DNA of 64,000 nucleotides, from positions 3,410,001 to 3,474,000 of the forward strand of contig OZ176054.1 in the NCBI GenBank assembly GCA_964247055.1. The letters are read 5' to 3'. The notes below the pieces were generated by a model that was not told where the DNA came from, did not search any database, and worked only from the letters and a program-made list of their open reading frames with translations. A program made the translations under genes and the position numbers. The stretch is from Paragordius varius. Lineage: Eukaryota > Animalia > Nematomorpha. Every line of letters starts with the position of its first letter. Within the stretch, counting starts at the first letter, position 1. Of this stretch, positions 61,601 to 64,000 are shown in pieces.

Positions 61601-64000
61601 TTAATATACATGAGCCTAGGAGTTTTTTAGAGAATAAACTCAATGGCTTTTTATAAAAATGGCTCAAGATGCACGAGTAAAACAAAAATTTGCCATTTTT
61701 TTAAATATTACTACTCATAATAATATAATTAACTATTCGAAGGCTAGATCTGGTATACGCAATGAGTGGAAAAGGTATATTTTCAATGTTGCAGTTAGTC
61801 GAACTCGACCTAATCAACTAACAACAGAAACTAAAATGATATTTAATAAAAAGTTATTAAATAAAAATAAAGACGAAATAGATGGTATTGTAATTAAAAT
61901 GATGATTGTTATTGGGAAAGAAAAAACTGGTTTAACAGAGGATAATAGTAGAATATTTAAATAATACAATATTAAGTTCGGTCATATCCTGGCTACTTAA
62001 ATAGATTAAAATAAAAATTGCATTAAGATAAATAGTTAGTTTTACAACATAAATAACATAGCCTGTCCATAAAATTATATGTAACATTTATGGATAAATG
62101 AGATGCAGCATGGTTGAAATTAACAAACGTCTTTACGAGGCAGAAGCTTTTACAAATGCCTTAACAAATTGTTATGGAGCAATAGAAAAAGTGGAAATAT
62201 TATTCAGGAGCTAATCCCTAAAACAGTAATATAAATATATATTTATTGTATATAACAATAAAAAATTCATTTTTTTCTCAAACATATATTGGAAAAGCGC
62301 TTTGACGGCCCAAATCAATGTCGACGCACACGACAGCCTGGTTTCTAATCTTAATGCCTACATCCTGGGAAGGTTCATAGAAAAGAACTATAACTTGCCA
62401 TCAGTGATGGGTTTCCAAAACGAAAAATAATATGCTATAAATATAAAAAAGATAAGTAAATATATACAAAATTAAATAATTAATTCAGCAAGCCAAATTT
62501 AATCATCATATCAGACTCGTCATAACTTTTCATCACAAAATAATTTATATTACCTTCAAATTTTCCGAATAAGGCACATCTATTATAAAAAGAAATTAGT
62601 AAAATGAATTAAAAAAATATAGATCAGACAAATGCCTCAATTTCATCATAAATATATATGGGGTAGAATCTCATCACACAAGTATGTAAAAAATTACTTT
62701 AGAAAGGAGGAGGAAACTTACAATGAATGAAATGAAAATTATAATATCATATGATTAAAAAATATTTTTAAATATAAATAAATCTGTACCATCACAAATT
62801 ATTTAATTAGAATTAAATATTTAAATATATATATTGCATTATAATATATAATAAAAATAGTACAGCGCTAAGAATCGGAAGCTAGTATTGAATTTAGGTG
62901 CATGGATATTTTAATATTAGTTGATTACGATTATAAATTAATTTTACTGTAAATTTTTGAAAAATGTTTAATTCATTTTTAATTTTACAAACCTATGGGT
63001 AATTTTGGTCTTTTGAACTTGTAAAATTAATTAAACTGTGCACAAAATAGGGATATGAGATTTATTCCGATGAAATTATAAATTCTGATAGGTAAAGGTA
63101 TGAGGTCTTGCTTTTGACTCTTACGGGAGATAAAAAGTTGTTACACTTTTATTATAACTGCTTATACATGTGCAGAAAATAAATAACCTGATAAAATATA
63201 TATACTCTGATAGGAAAATGTATTAGGATTTTATCTCGCATTCGGTTTTGGCCCTTACAAGTGATTATAGGAAAGTATTTACAATTTTTTAGTAAGTGTT
63301 CCATATCTTAAAATGGCTGATTTTGAGCATATTTTTTAAATCAAATTTTTTTTGTAAAAGCTAGTGGCTTCATTCCAAAAATATCATCAAAACATATCAT
63401 GAACTACTTATAAGAAGATAATAATCAAAATTTTAATTTTTAGATGTGGGGTCCGAAAGTAATTTTTTTCGCTCCACAATAGTTCTCTTAAAATAAATAA
63501 AATGCCAGGACGTGATAAAATTTTAAATATATGCTAAATGTATATATCAACTAAATATTTTAAAAATTGCATACTTTTCAAAATTAGTAGTTAGTAAATT
63601 TCGTATTTCGTACTATTAGGCATGATAAAATGTTATCAAAACGTTTATAAAGCACTCTTTTAATATTAGATTATACTAAAAAGTTGCTGCAGAATTTTTT
63701 AACACTCCATTACCCTAAATGATAGTTTATACTCAGAGCGATTCGGAATTGAATATCTTAGAAAATGTTTAAGTTATCAGATTGAATTTTAATTTAGGCT
63801 TTTAGGCGCATTATACAAATTTTTTTTACAAAAATATTTGAAAAATCTTTATCTCAAACTTTTTGCCGCCATTTTTTTCTCGAAATTTTTTTGAATCACT
63901 AATGCAAGTGGCAAAGCTTTCAGGCATTTAGCAGCAATTTAATATATTTAGATTCTTATATCAGCTGATCGTTTTAATGGTTTGGAGCTCTCCCAATTTT

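Noticed and set aside
61659-61964. 101-aa + strand ORF
   Set aside because: K/N/I-rich, with no motif or splice support; cannot be distinguished from a chance ORF next to TE debris.
1-64000. CRISPR arrays or prokaryotic defence systems
   Set aside because: The 21-bp and 320-bp repeats are contiguous or TE-internal with no unique spacers; the genes are spliceosomal and metazoan, and no cas-like ORFs are present.

Overview
This window is very AT-rich, intron-containing animal (invertebrate) genomic DNA; it is not prokaryotic. I reconstructed four genes exon by exon with consistent splice phases: a secreted serpin (+, 3 exons), cytoplasmic arginyl-tRNA synthetase (-, 14 exons), an NF-kB p105/Relish-type precursor with RHD, IPT and six ankyrin repeats (+, 15 exons), and an sFRP3/4 (Frzb)-like CRD+NTR protein (+, 5 exons). 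Three weaker orphan genes are also present: a Cys-containing gene on the - strand at about 9.3-14.4 kb, an MGNSES-starting gene on the - strand running off the left edge, and a small secreted protein at 20.4 kb. Intergenic and intronic DNA is dense with DNA transposons: several hAT elements/MITEs with 8-bp TSDs, two copies of a non-autonomous Helitron, a mariner deletion derivative, a 1.2-kb foldback element and a TA-targeting MITE family with 21-bp subterminal repeats. The most striking observations are two consecutive 26-nt GT-AG introns needed to build the RARS N-terminus, a roughly 125-aa insertion inside the Frizzled CRD, an NF-kB with mixed Relish-like and p105-like features, and a roughly 380-bp sequence shared upstream of the serpin and RARS. 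I found no CRISPR, rRNA or tRNA. All alignments were done by eye; no database searches were run.
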